From: a virus
Lineage: Duplodnaviria > Caudoviricetes
DNA length: 56,298 nucleotides
IMG/VR virus record: IMGVR_UViG_3300002026_000071
Coordinates: 1-56,298 of that record
Reading direction: 5' to 3' (one strand)
The stretch's first letter is position 1. The number at the start of each line of letters is the position of its first letter. The notes beneath the pieces are model-generated. The model saw nothing but the letters and a program-made list of their open reading frames with translations, was not told where the DNA came from and did not search any database. Of this stretch, positions 35,821-48,100 are shown in pieces. Both the position numbers and the translations under genes were made by a program.

Positions 35821-38800
35821 GCCCGGACATGCCTAGCCCAGTTTCTAGCTGCTTCAACGGACTACCTATCACATTACTCCAATCCTTTATAAACAACGAT
35901 TGCCCATGAATCGACTCGACACTATCTAACAACATTCCTTGCCCAGCCAATACCAGCATTGCTTTTAGCGGGTGGGTAACTAGTCCTTGACTTATTATTT
36001 TTTGTATTCGCTTAGGATACTTAGTAAAGAGCACTGCTCCTACTCTATTCAGCCATTCTTCTTTATTAGACGACGGCTTATTATACAGTACGAACATCTC
36101 AGCCAACGCAAATTGACGCTCTTTTGTAAGCAGTGAGTCGAATTCCTCTCTAAACTTACTTATAGCTCTTGGATAATCAGCTAATTTAATCCCAGATTCA
36201 GTTATTCTTTCTGATGCCTCATCTAGCTGTCGTTTACTAAATAAGTCTTCTTTTTCCATCAACGTATGGAGTATAGTTTTTTCACTTTTATTCAGCGCTA
36301 GTTTTCCATTCAATTTTAATTCCTGCTCGCGTTTTAACTTTCTATTTGCCACATCTCTAGCTATTAAGTCTGATTTCTGTAGTATCTCTTGCGTAAACTT
36401 GTAGTATGCTGTTTCTTCTGACAGATACGCCCATTGTAATGGTACCTTAATGAAGTCTGGAACATTTCGTACTTTATCGTCAATCGCGCGTTTCCATCTA
36501 TTAGTGCTTCTCACTTCGGCGTTATCTACGTCCTCATTAATAGCCGAGTACAAACCTAGTTCGAATAGTTCATGCACCGGACTACCTACTAATTGTTTCG
36601 TTAGTAGTTTAATCTTTGTCTCATCTGCACGTTTATCTTTACTCACACCTAGTTTCAGTGTAAGTCTATTTATTTCCCGTGATGCCTCTATGTACGCAGA
36701 TATATCTCTATAGCTTTCAGTGTACATTTTAACTATTTCTACCGGTGTCATACCTGTTTCTAGCGCATACGCCATATTACTTAGTATATTTGTCACAAAT
36801 ACAGATGGTATTTTCAATAGTACGTTTGTCTTTACTATCTTAATGAATTCTATCCACATCGCTTCAGCTATACGTACTGCTGTCCTAATCATAGTAGGTG
36901 TAAACTTAGGTGCGATGTTACTCAACGACGCATGCTTATACCCAAAGTATGTCAGCAACAAGTCTCCTCTTACTGCAAGTACTTTATCTTTACGTTCAGC
37001 AATTGCCTTCTTAAACGATGCTGGTAACAACCTATACAATTCTTTCATCTCTGCATTATGTACATCAGGTCCTACTTCTATATACTCCAGCCCATTATTA
37101 CCTAGCGTAGACCCAGATACGTAATTCACTTCCATATCATCTAGTATAGTCTTCAGTACTTTCTCATTATGCTCCATCGTTCGTGCCTTATCTAGGCTGT
37201 GTCCATATGATCTAGCCAGTACTTCTGACACTGTAGCATCCTGTTTAAGGAAATCTTCTTTCGACTCTTTATCCATCATAAATCTATAGTCAGTTATGTT
37301 ACCATCTTCGTCCATTATCGGACTAATTCCGTATTCTACAGTTTTAGGATCGAGTTCACCTTTATACATATCATTTACTAGCTTAATACGTTTCTTATCT
37401 AACCTCAACTTAACTATGTCTCGCTTTGTGTTCGCATTATCATCATTACCCGCATACATTATATCAGACAGCGACGTACCTTTCGACCCTAGTTTTGTTA
37501 ATCTTACTGCTGTTCGTAGTCGTTCACCTGTACTGAAGCTGTTTGATATATACATCGCCATTGGCTCAGTATATCCGTCTTCCTCAATCGATGTAAAGTC
37601 TTTTACTTTCTTATATCCCAACTTCATCAGTTCAGTTTCTTCACTTTGTGGAGCAATCTCCATTGACATACTATCATCGAATACTTCTCTACTATACCCT
37701 TTAATCATGTGCGTCTTGCTATTCTCAAACAATGTCTTACGCGCATCCTTATCGAACTGCACATGCAACTTCATCACATCTAGTACACCTTCTTTGTCAC
37801 TATCCATCAACCCCGCTACTGTACGTTTCTGTCGTGTATCGGTATTTTCTAGCGCTACTAGTGTAGCTACTTCATCAATCGCTCTTACTAGCTCTCTAGT
37901 CGGCTGTTTGTACACGTTACTAATCAATCCTCTTGCTATATTAAATGAGTTCAAGTTCTGCGCCACGTGTGCTTTATGTGTAGCCATGTAGTATCCAAGT
38001 CCAGTCGCCTGATTTACATGCCAATGACCATTCGCCTTATCTAGTTCACGTAGTCGATGCTTTGCTCGTCCAATCTCTGTATGTAGCTTTGCGTCATCAG
38101 TCAATAACTCTTTTATCTTAGCCGGTGTGTACTTATCACCTAATAATGTACCTAGATCTGTATCTAGTACTACTCTTGTTAGTGCTACTTCTTGTTCTTT
38201 ATTCAACTCTTTGAACTTACTATACACATGTCTCTTCACTGCGCCAATCATAGACATTCTTGCCGCATCTATCCTGTCTGCAGCTAGGTTCATCCATGTA
38301 GCTACTCGCTCAGTCTCATCAGGCGTTCCAAAGTCACTTAGTATATTTTGTATCATACCCCAAGGCTTAGCACCTAACGCACTTAGCAACAACTTACCGT
38401 ATTTCTGGTAGTTCGGATTAGTTGCCATCTTAACTAGTGCTTCAGCTCGCCATTTAGCTAGTGCAAGTCCACCATCAGGCTTAGCTTTCATCTCATCATT
38501 ACTTCTTAAGTACTTATCTAGGAAATTATCAAGTATTTCACCTGTACGTGTATCTAGCTCGTTGAATTTATCTAGTCCTCTAGTTAGTAGGCTTTCTTTA
38601 TCAGTCTTTGCCTTATACCTATTATTAATCTCACCTAGTTTCAAGGCTAGTCCTAGCACTTGTTCATGCGCTGTGCTTTTATCCTGTTTAAATTCGTACT
38701 TACCTAGTACTATATCAACTAGTGTAGCGAACATACTCATCACTTTCTGGAACAGTGTCTGAGCCTTCTTATGGTCGCTAATCATCACTTTCTTAGCTTG

Positions 38801-39784
38801 CTGCATAACTAGTGGATTAGTTAGTACATGCGCCATGAATTCATGTTCTGCGTTCTCGCTAGTGAATATGTAGTTGTACATCTTCTTAGCTTCTTTTTCT
38901 TCCTTTACTGCATCCATACTAGTTTCTGGTAGGAAGTCTTTCCATGTAGTTTTCTCTATCATTCGTTGCATTACATGATTTAGTTCACGTCGTAGTCTAG
39001 TTGCTTCTACATCTTCACTATTCATAGCAAAGGCTATCATTGTATGTACAACCTCATGTACATATATCTCAGCATCACTCTGTCTATTAGCATACGTCGC
39101 AGGTGCACCACTTATCGACACACCTAGTTTATGTGCATACTTATTCACATCTACTGCCACTACTCCAGAACTATCATTTGCTGTTTGTTTCAGAAACAAC
39201 GACACTTTCTCAAAGAATTCAGGCTTCATCTGCTTAACTAGGTCTCTAAGTACTTCTAGATGCGCGTTACTCTCTTTATTACTGCCATCTGACTGCATCT
39301 TATCAATCATAGCTAGCATAGTGTCTACGTTACCATGTATATACGTCTTATCTTGAGTGTACGACTTCCAGTCAATTTTCTCTTTACCCTCTTTATTGCC
39401 ATACAGTATCTCGTCTGTAACTATGTGCATATCACTATCAATCATATATGCATTTACGTTGTACATTTTTCCAGCTCTATTACGCACATACGCCATAATG
39501 TCGCCTTCATCTGTCCTATAACCATTAACTATGTTAATGTCCATACCTTTGTACTTCAACTTACCACGATTCAATTCATTGATTGTAGCAACACTTAGCG
39601 GAGTTCTGTTCTTTACTACGGCTTGCGCTTTTTCCTTATGCATCTCTTCTCTAGCTTCAACTAGCAGCTCTAAGTCTGCTAGTGCTTCGTCAATGTCTTC
39701 ACCTTCTGCTTTACGTCTTGCTAAGTCTGCACGTTCTTTTGCTACTAGTCTTAACCATTCGCGCTGTGTTACACATGTTCCCAT
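35789..39784 (-). CDS. Large virion protein, likely equivalent to the C-terminal region of N4-type virion RNAP; zincin-like HEVVH
   Basis: 1331 aa; YVHEVVH...EFMAH.LTNP; position downstream of the vRNAP core. Confidence 0.7.
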   Translation of the reverse strand: MGTCVTQREWLRLVAKERADLARRKAEGEDIDEALADLELLVEAREEMHKEKAQAVVKNRTPLSVATINELNRGKLKYKGMDINIVNGYRTDEGDIMAYVRNRAGKMYNVNAYMIDSDMHIVTDEILYGNKEGKEKIDWKSYTQDKTYIHGNVDTMLAMIDKMQSDGSNKESNAHLEVLRDLVKQMKPEFFEKVSLFLKQTANDSSGVVAVDVNKYAHKLGVSISGAPATYANRQSDAEIYVHEVVHTMIAFAMNSEDVEATRLRRELNHVMQRMIEKTTWKDFLPETSMDAVKEEKEAKKMYNYIFTSENAEHEFMAHVLTNPLVMQQAKKVMISDHKKAQTLFQKVMSMFATLVDIVLGKYEFKQDKSTAHEQVLGLALKLGEINNRYKAKTDKESLLTRGLDKFNELDTRTGEILDNFLDKYLRSNDEMKAKPDGGLALAKWRAEALVKMATNPNYQKYGKLLLSALGAKPWGMIQNILSDFGTPDETERVATWMNLAADRIDAARMSMIGAVKRHVYSKFKELNKEQEVALTRVVLDTDLGTLLGDKYTPAKIKELLTDDAKLHTEIGRAKHRLRELDKANGHWHVNQATGLGYYMATHKAHVAQNLNSFNIARGLISNVYKQPTRELVRAIDEVATLVALENTDTRQKRTVAGLMDSDKEGVLDVMKLHVQFDKDARKTLFENSKTHMIKGYSREVFDDSMSMEIAPQSEETELMKLGYKKVKDFTSIEEDGYTEPMAMYISNSFSTGERLRTAVRLTKLGSKGTSLSDIMYAGNDDNANTKRDIVKLRLDKKRIKLVNDMYKGELDPKTVEYGISPIMDEDGNITDYRFMMDKESKEDFLKQDATVSEVLARSYGHSLDKARTMEHNEKVLKTILDDMEVNYVSGSTLGNNGLEYIEVGPDVHNAEMKELYRLLPASFKKAIAERKDKVLAVRGDLLLTYFGYKHASLSNIAPKFTPTMIRTAVRIAEAMWIEFIKIVKTNVLLKIPSVFVTNILSNMAYALETGMTPVEIVKMYTESYRDISAYIEASREINRLTLKLGVSKDKRADETKIKLLTKQLVGSPVHELFELGLYSAINEDVDNAEVRSTNRWKRAIDDKVRNVPDFIKVPLQWAYLSEETAYYKFTQEILQKSDLIARDVANRKLKREQELKLNGKLALNKSEKTILHTLMEKEDLFSKRQLDEASERITESGIKLADYPRAISKFREEFDSLLTKERQFALAEMFVLYNKPSSNKEEWLNRVGAVLFTKYPKRIQKIISQGLVTHPLKAMLVLAGQGMLLDSVESIHGQSLFIKDWSNVIGSPLKQLETGLGMSGLTLMMEGGYR

Positions 39785-39787
39785 TAT

Positions 39788-42118
39788 TTATCCTACGCAC
39801 TTGTTAATTTCGTCTATTATAGCACTACTCAGCTTAGATTTAGCTGCAGGCTTGCTTCTAGACTTACTACTAGGACGAGTAGTTACTGGGCTATTGTCTA
39901 CAGCATTAAGTACGTCTATATAGTTATTAATTACATTTATAGTTGTCGTACCTAAACGATCAGGTTTTATACTTTTATCCATACGGGTTAATCGTTCGAC
40001 TATATATGTTTTTATTGCTTCAAGAAACTCACTTAGAATACTGTTTTTATTGGCCTCCTCATGGAATGGCGCATAGTACTTATCTAGTTCGTACATAAAG
40101 TCCGGATTACTGAGTACTTCTGCCATAAACTCTTGTGCATCAGTAAGCCCATAGTAGTCTCCCATAGTTCCAGGGATCCCTCGATAGTCCTTAATTCTCA
40201 AAGCAGCCTTATATAGCGAATCGATCTTCGACCTGAACTCGTTATTTGTATAGTATCCGTCTAATGTAAGTGCGTGTACGACTTCATGCATGTACGCGGA
40301 TACAAAAGTATCCGTTTGCAAATCACCTCGCATAGCAATCCGGTTTGTAGCGCGGTTGTATGAACCTAATACACCTCGTTTAGTGTCTATATGCTTAAAT
40401 CCTTTACTAGCCCATTCAACTATAAATGGAGTGTTGTCTATAACACCGCTAGTCTTTACTGCACTAAAGAACTGCATTTCTTCTTTATACTCTTCTTTAT
40501 CCTTAACATATTCAACTATAGCGTCTAAAGCTTGCCCATTTGTTTTAGCGGAAAATACATTTTTTATCTCATTAAATCCTGTTTTCATTTTATGGTTAGG
40601 AGTCATCATTTCTGCGGTGTTTGTACTATCTAACTGTTCTTTAGTTAGCGCGTCAAACGCAGCTTTGTTAGCTATCCCTATCCCTAGTTTACTGCCTTTT
40701 GTAGCCAGGCTAATATGCGGGAATGGTACAGGGAAGTTTGTTCCTAGTAGCTTGTTAGCTTCACCTATAAACTTCTCTACTCCAGGTGCGTCAACTAGTT
40801 GAATCACAGCTTCTTCATGTATAGTTTCTTTTCCTTTACTCTGATCTTGCCAGTCTACCCAAGCTTCTCGATCTCTTTCTATACGATACGCATCATCTTT
40901 TAATGTATAGCTAAAGTCTGCTTTTTCGATTAACTTTTCTAGTTTAGCTTTTAGTTCAGGCGACTTTGCGAATAATGCTGTCAGTTCTTTACCTTGAGGA
41001 AACCCGAGTACAGTCAGATGTGTTTCATCTTTTGCTGTAAACCCTTTCGGTATACGTACGTCTGAACTAACTTTTGTAGGCACAAGTAGTGAGTTACTTT
41101 CTTGGAGTTCAGCTTTACTATTAAGCTTGTCAAGTAGTGTATTCGCTGCTTTAGGCTTTGCTGTCGATTCTACCATCGCAATGTACCCATCCATCAAATA
41201 CGTATACACATTGCTTGTATTATCTATCCCTACCATCTTCAGCAACGTCTCAACTAGGTCTTTGAATACGTTACTCAGTCTACTGCGTTCTTTAGTTCTC
41301 GAGTTTTTTAGTGCGTACACCAAGTCTGGGTTACTTAGGCCTTCTGCTACAAACTCGTCAACTGATCTAGTCCAGTACTCGTTCGCACCTTTACCCATCA
41401 TACTTAATATATCCGCTTTATTAGCTAGTGCTTCTCTGTACAGCTCTTTAACTCGTTTAGTATTCGCATGCTCAGGATTTGCTGTCATAAATTCTCTACT
41501 GCCAGCATGTACCATCTCATGTGCTAATGTGTGCATACCATTTACTTTACCCCACTCAGCCATCATTTCCGCCATTATCTGCGGCGTGTACTCTTTACTT
41601 AGTCTAGCGTACATCGGATCAGTAGCTAGTGCTTTTACTACTTGTTCCTCATTCATCGCTTGGAACTGCACTGCATACGGTGACTCTTCTACGTACCATT
41701 GCTCGAACATGCCTTTAGCGTCCATTTCTAGTGCAGTTTGGTTAGGTTTCTTACTTAGTGTTATTTCACCTTTATCATACTGCCCACCTACTACGACCAA
41801 TCGCGCTAACGTAGCTTTACTGAATGCCAAGTACTGATTAGTCGTGACTTTAGGTCCTACCACCTGCTTAACTAGTCTATTCAGCTGCTTATAATAGTCT
41901 TTAGGTAGATCATAGAACGGTACTTTAGCCGCAGCTACTTGCATACCCTCTTCTGTTTTAACTAGTGTAGGCACATCCACCCCTACAGACGTACCTATTT
42001 TCGCTATTTCACCGTTTAAGAATTTGCGTATGGCGTCTTTTACAGTTTTAGTATACTCTTTATCAGTATACACTTTGTCTACTGCAGTACTTACAAACTG
42101 TCTTATTATACAACTCAT
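39788..42118 (-). CDS. Polyvalent virion protein: zincin - 2H phosphoesterase - zincin
   Basis: HEMVH..EFVAE.LSNP and HEVVH..EFMAE.LSNP flank a domain with HLTV and HISL. Confidence 0.7.
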   Translation of the reverse strand: MSCIIRQFVSTAVDKVYTDKEYTKTVKDAIRKFLNGEIAKIGTSVGVDVPTLVKTEEGMQVAAAKVPFYDLPKDYYKQLNRLVKQVVGPKVTTNQYLAFSKATLARLVVVGGQYDKGEITLSKKPNQTALEMDAKGMFEQWYVEESPYAVQFQAMNEEQVVKALATDPMYARLSKEYTPQIMAEMMAEWGKVNGMHTLAHEMVHAGSREFMTANPEHANTKRVKELYREALANKADILSMMGKGANEYWTRSVDEFVAEGLSNPDLVYALKNSRTKERSRLSNVFKDLVETLLKMVGIDNTSNVYTYLMDGYIAMVESTAKPKAANTLLDKLNSKAELQESNSLLVPTKVSSDVRIPKGFTAKDETHLTVLGFPQGKELTALFAKSPELKAKLEKLIEKADFSYTLKDDAYRIERDREAWVDWQDQSKGKETIHEEAVIQLVDAPGVEKFIGEANKLLGTNFPVPFPHISLATKGSKLGIGIANKAAFDALTKEQLDSTNTAEMMTPNHKMKTGFNEIKNVFSAKTNGQALDAIVEYVKDKEEYKEEMQFFSAVKTSGVIDNTPFIVEWASKGFKHIDTKRGVLGSYNRATNRIAMRGDLQTDTFVSAYMHEVVHALTLDGYYTNNEFRSKIDSLYKAALRIKDYRGIPGTMGDYYGLTDAQEFMAEVLSNPDFMYELDKYYAPFHEEANKNSILSEFLEAIKTYIVERLTRMDKSIKPDRLGTTTINVINNYIDVLNAVDNSPVTTRPSSKSRSKPAAKSKLSSAIIDEINKCVG

Positions 42119-45100
42119 TATTTTCCTTTACAGGTGTTAGCCGCTTCTACCAAAGCAGCACTTAGCAGTGTTCGTAGACCTACAGGTGCCTTACCGATAG
42201 CAGTATTAATCTCACTTATTATATCTTCTTTACTCTTAGTAGGAGCTTTAGAGGCTTTCGATTTCGTTTCTTTAGCAGGCTTATTACTCGTCTTACTTCT
42301 ATACTCACCTCTAAACGTCCCTTCATTAGGCACTACAGTATGCCCTACAATAACACCATGTTCAGCAGCACTTTCATAGAATTTTTTTACTCCAGCCTCT
42401 ACTTTATCTATATTAGCTTTAAGCCCATCAACAGTAGCTCTTCTATAATCAGCATAGCTTATTTTATCTTTACCTTTTTCAAACGTCACATCTACGTTCT
42501 CTGTACTACTCTCCAACGACTTAAGTATAGCTTTAAGTAGACTATAGCTGCTATGTAGATCAAGCATACCTTCGTTATAAGCCAGTGCTCGTGCATCGCC
42601 CGTACTTAATGCAACTAGTAACGCGTCATGTATCATTGACGTGTCAAAGTCTTCACCGTACTCATCTTTTAAGAACTTATCTACTACGCTAGCTAAGTGT
42701 GCACCGTCAATAAAGTGGTATGGTACTACTGATCCAGCCTTGATTGCTGCTGCAAACGTTTTAATTTTATGCTGCACATTCAACGATCGTTGCTTTATCT
42801 TACCATCTAGTGCAGTCTCATTAATTTCAACCACATTATGGTATTGTCCTTGCAAATCACCTGACATACCTACAGACGCTTCATCATAGATAGCTATGTT
42901 ATCCTCTAGCGAATCTAGTTCTTCTTCTGACAGCGGTCCTTTGATCGCCGGGAACTTTTTACGTAGATCTTTAACCAATTCAGCGTATTGCTTGAACGTA
43001 ATTGCCTTATTGCCTTTTCGCATCTCAGCGATTCTTGCTGTATACTCACTATTGTACGCAGCGAACATAATCTCAAACGCACTATTAGTTAAGTCCTGCA
43101 CCTTCATAAATGGCGCAAATTTCTTAGTCATTACACCTTCAAATTCATGTCCATAACTACCTTCGAACATACTGAATAGCGTCTCATGCAAGCTCATCTT
43201 GCCACTAACAATCTTATCTAGTTGCGTTTCACGTAGCTGCTTCAGTAGGTCGTTTCCAAACACTGTTTTAAGTGCTGTAAATAGTGCAGTGTCTTTCCCA
43301 TTACTATCTTTTCCTTCACTCTTAACAAGTCCTTCTATTATAGTCGTTATGAGTTCTTCATTCATATTTCTACGCAATGTTTTAATTGATGCCGCGTAGT
43401 TAAAGATCATAAACGGATACTTAAACAAGTTACGCATAGCTGAGTCAATCACACCATCTTTAACTTTAGGCAAATTATCATCGTTTTGTATAGCCACCCA
43501 AAGCTTTTGTAACGTCTCGGTATTAGGTAATGCACCAGCTGAGGTCTTTTTATGCTCTATGTCCTTATTCAGAGCGCCTAGTAGTTTACCATACGTTACT
43601 TTTGACGCGTTTTCCATCTCTGACGCAAGTGTCTGATAACTATCTAAAAATCCCGGCTTCGACAGCAAGTTACCTATCGAGTAGTCACCATTCTCACTTA
43701 TGTCTTTTGCATACAGTGCAAGGGCGTTAATTGTACCTGCTGTCATACCATATAGTGGATGCCTTGATTTTACTGTCTCAGTAATGTAATCTACATATTC
43801 TTTCGACTTATAATCACCGTCTTTAGCAATAAAGGCACTGTCATTCGCAGCTGTTACCCACTCTTCTAGCACAATTCCTACTTTTAGCATATGCTCTTTA
43901 TAAGCATCATCAAGTAACCATCCCATCTGTGCCACTTTGTTACCGAATCCACTAGTTAATGCATCGAATTCAATCGTAAGTGAGCTAGTGAATGATCCGC
44001 CATTAGCAAGTTTCTCTATGAAGTCTAGTGCTTGTAGCGCATGACTCATGTGGTCTACCTCTATTTCCTGCGCAGTTACATTACCTTCTTTATCGGTCAT
44101 ATTCAGCGTAAGTTTCCCTGTATATACATCTTGTTTAGCCTTCGCTAGTGCTACTGTGTCAACTTTCCCGTCTTTAACAAACGTCTCGAGTATTTCTCTA
44201 CCCCACTTATCTATCGTATTTCTTCCATTCTTATCTGTCTTCTTCGCCATAGCCTGCGCTAGTGCTAGATTGACCATATGTGTTACGTCTTTCTGTGTAC
44301 CATCTTTAGTCTCTACACTAATCACATCACCACTACTAGTAAACCGTAACGCATGTCCCTGTGGCTGCACTAAGAACCTGTGTAGCTTATCTGTCTGCGG
44401 ATTGATAGTGTTGCTTTCTAGCATATAACGACCATTCTTTACATAGCTCCATCCATAATACACCGTAGCCTCAGTCTCATCATCTCCGTACTGCGCCACA
44501 AACATTTCAATTTCATCAAGTGACTTAGTAATCTCTCTATTAGTTACTATTTGCAAGTCTCTTGCATTGTACGTCATCTTAGCTAGCTCTTCTTCGTTAT
44601 CATTATAGCCTAAACTCTTCTGTACAGCAGCCCTATTTTCAATTATTCCTCTCATAGCTGTCAAGTCAGCTCTCCAGCTCATACTACTAAGTGTTCTAAT
44701 GACTTGCCCTGCTTTAGGAGCTACGTCCATCATTGACTTATCTTTACGTATTGTAGTTGCTCGCTTATTCAGCTCAGCCTCTTTTAGCGGTACTACTCTA
44801 GGTTCGACTCGTCTAGTACTAATATTAGGTAATGTGCCTTTAATGCCTTTAAACTCTTGTCCTAGCTCGTAAGTAACACTCTCTGCAAAGCTAGTTTTAC
44901 TTGATTTATCCACTATAAACAGTACATCACCTACAGCAGTAGGATCTTTCTCACCGCGCAACTTGTTGTACCTTTTGGTATCTATACGGGTCAAGTTTAC
45001 ACCTTTTTCTTGCATATGTAGTAGTGCTACTATTCCACCTATACCAGCTCTTAGTGCTTCGAAAGCGTGTGCATCGACATCAGTATTTTTATTACGCCGT

Positions 45101-48100
45101 AGTCCCATTACCGACGTAAATGACTTACCTGCCATGTCCGAGTACGCTTTTATAGGCATACCTACTGTACTCAGTTCTGCTCGTGCTTCATTAGAAATAT
45201 TGAACTCATCCGTACCTAGCATTTTTGCCAAGTCTTCCTTACTTTTAGGCATACCAGACAACATATATCCATCATTCAACGCTATGTCTCGCATAACTAG
45301 TGCAGCTGCTAGTGCGGCATTTCTATTAATTACTTCTTTACCATCTACTTCCTGTATAAACAACGCCCTAGCCGGATTATTAGCTAATTTGTACATTTTG
45401 TCCATGTTAGTAGTGCCATCTTTACCAATCGTATATGGAATAATGAGCAACTTAGTTAATTTTTCGACTGCCTCATCCGCTAACCTATTCATATCCTCAC
45501 CTAAGTAACCAACGTCAAATATAGCTACTGGGCTAGTATCTCTATAGTCTACCTGTACTTCAACTACTTCATTCACATCTAAGGCACGCATGCGATCGCC
45601 TTCTTCTTTGGACGTACGTAGTTCACCTTTGTCATTTACTGACTGTGTAACGGCTTTTTTACCTTTACCAATGTTATTTTTAAGTAGCCCTACAATCGCA
45701 AAGTCAGCACCTGATTTATCAGCATTAAGTATAGTTTCTAGGTCAGTATCACTAACATTTTTATCTTCTAGTGCTGTTTTCCATGTCTTAAGTAAATCAT
45801 CCTTAGCTATACTTTTTCTATACGCATCATCTATTTCTTGCATAGCTAACGTTCGAATATCAGCGCTAGTTATACCAAGTTCAGTTAATTTTTCTTTTAT
45901 TAAGGTACTTATGGCTTCTCCATCTGCATACAACGTAGCAAGTTTTTCTTTCTTTAGTTCTTTTACCGCAGCCTTAATTTGGTTATTTATCGCATTTCGT
46001 CCGCGCGATACTGCCAATTCCCACTTATTACTAGCCGCTCTACTATCTGTTGCTGCTCTATCCTTATAATTAGCCTCTACGTACCCACTATGTCCTACTT
46101 TCACACGCGTAATTAAGGCTTCTTCTGACTCATTAGCTACCATACCTTTTGCTATGTCAAGTACCATCTTATCATCTGCAGCTTTAGTCACTGCTTCTGC
46201 TTCTCGCTTCACTTTAGCTTCTGCAGCAGCCTTAGCATTACTAGCTTTCAGCTCTTCTGATCTAGGTTTGAACACATTAGTACTTTTTCCGCTAGCACTA
46301 TCGATAGTTCGTATATACTTTTTGCCTATAGCAAATATCTTACGTAGCTCATAATCTGTAGCAATCGCGTCATGCTGTTTAACGTCTTTTATACCTTCTT
46401 TAGTATATCTCTGCGCCATTACGATCGTAGCTCCAGCTTTTACCGCTGCCTCTACTTGTGATTTAATCGCCTCCATATCAGTACTTTGAGTACCTTGCAA
46501 ATCTACGTATACAACATCGTCACTACTATAAGTACCGCTATTAATACGTTTACTATTTTGCGGATTTACTGCGTACTCAGCCCACTTAGTTTTGTGCTTA
46601 CCAGTTGACGTAGCTTGACTAGGCAGTACTACTTTTGTTACACCGTGTTTTTTAAAGCTATTTATATCCATTTTACGATTTTTAGCTATCTTACTGTCAG
46701 CTGTACCGGCAAATTCAGGTATTTCAAATAACCCACTTTCTACAAAGTCATATGTCTTTCCACTGCGTTTTACTTTATCATTAACTAGTGCTAGCGTGGC
46801 ATTAAGTGCTTTAGCGTTATTTCGTTTAACTTCAAGTAGTGCTAAGTCACGTGCGCTTACTTTATACTCACCTTTAGCCTTGCCTTCGATAATTATGTTC
46901 CAGCTTGATCTAGGTAAATCAACTTTGAATTTACGGTCTGTAACTACTCCGCTTCCCTTAGTTGTATCTGTTCCATTCGCCATAGCCACTACTTTATTAG
47001 CCGCTCCAATCGCATTTTCGAATGCTCTTATCGCTACTAGTTGGCTATCTCTAAACTTACGTGCCTTATTAACTACGCTAGCTAGTGCCTTATCGTCTGG
47101 ATTATCACTCGCAAGTATGCTACTAATCTGTCTAGCGTACGTCAAGTATCCACGCTGCCCTTCAGTCGCGTCATATTCTACTGATGCTGCGTCTCGTATT
47201 CTACTGTAGCGCTCGTCAGAGATACCGTTTGCTTTTGCTATTGCAACCAGTTTAGGTTCAAGCGTTGGATTTACTTTACCGCTAATTACATACCCTAGCA
47301 TATCCTCAGCCGCGTCAGAGTCTATCTCACCATCCTTATTTCTGAACACAATCGGCTTAGTTAAGTCCATACCTTCTACGGTTTCAGCCAGTTTAGCCTT
47401 GAACCCTTCAAAGTCAGTCATGGCTTGTACATGTTTAGGGTTCTTACTATCCAATCTATTAACTAGTGGTTCTACGTCGCGTATAGCTTTAGTCAGTTCA
47501 GCGGTATCGTACACACCAGTTTCTAGCTGTGTTTTGATACTGCTTAGTGTAGTTCCGACTACTTTACGTTCTACTTCTGTTAGTTCACCTTCATCAGTAG
47601 GTATTGCTACTTCTTTACGTCGTTCCATTTCTTTCTGTATAACTTGTAGTGATTTACCTGCGCCTTTATCTAGTGCACCACCAATCACACTCGCAGCTTT
47701 GAACTGTACAGCACCACCTGCTCCAGCTACCGCATCAACTACTGCTTCTTGCATATTTCTAGTATCAGTCACGAACTTAACGAAGCCTTCACTGTCTTTA
47801 AACTGCGCAGAGCCGTATCTTTCGTTAGCTAGTTCCATCATTCGTTGTGTGTACTCTTGAGCTGCTTCTTTAGGCATTTCTTTCAATGCTGTACTACCTA
47901 GTGTCGTACCTACTGCACCCAAGAACTTCATGTATTCTTTCTCAGGCACTGCTTTTACCGCGTCTTTTAACCCTTTTAGCAGTTGTGGCGACTTCAATAT
48001 GCTTATATCAGTTATGGCATCTAGGTTCTGGTTGAACATCTGTGTTACGAAGGCTTTCACACCCCACTGTACTTTGTCTGCGCCTTCTAGTTCTACACCA

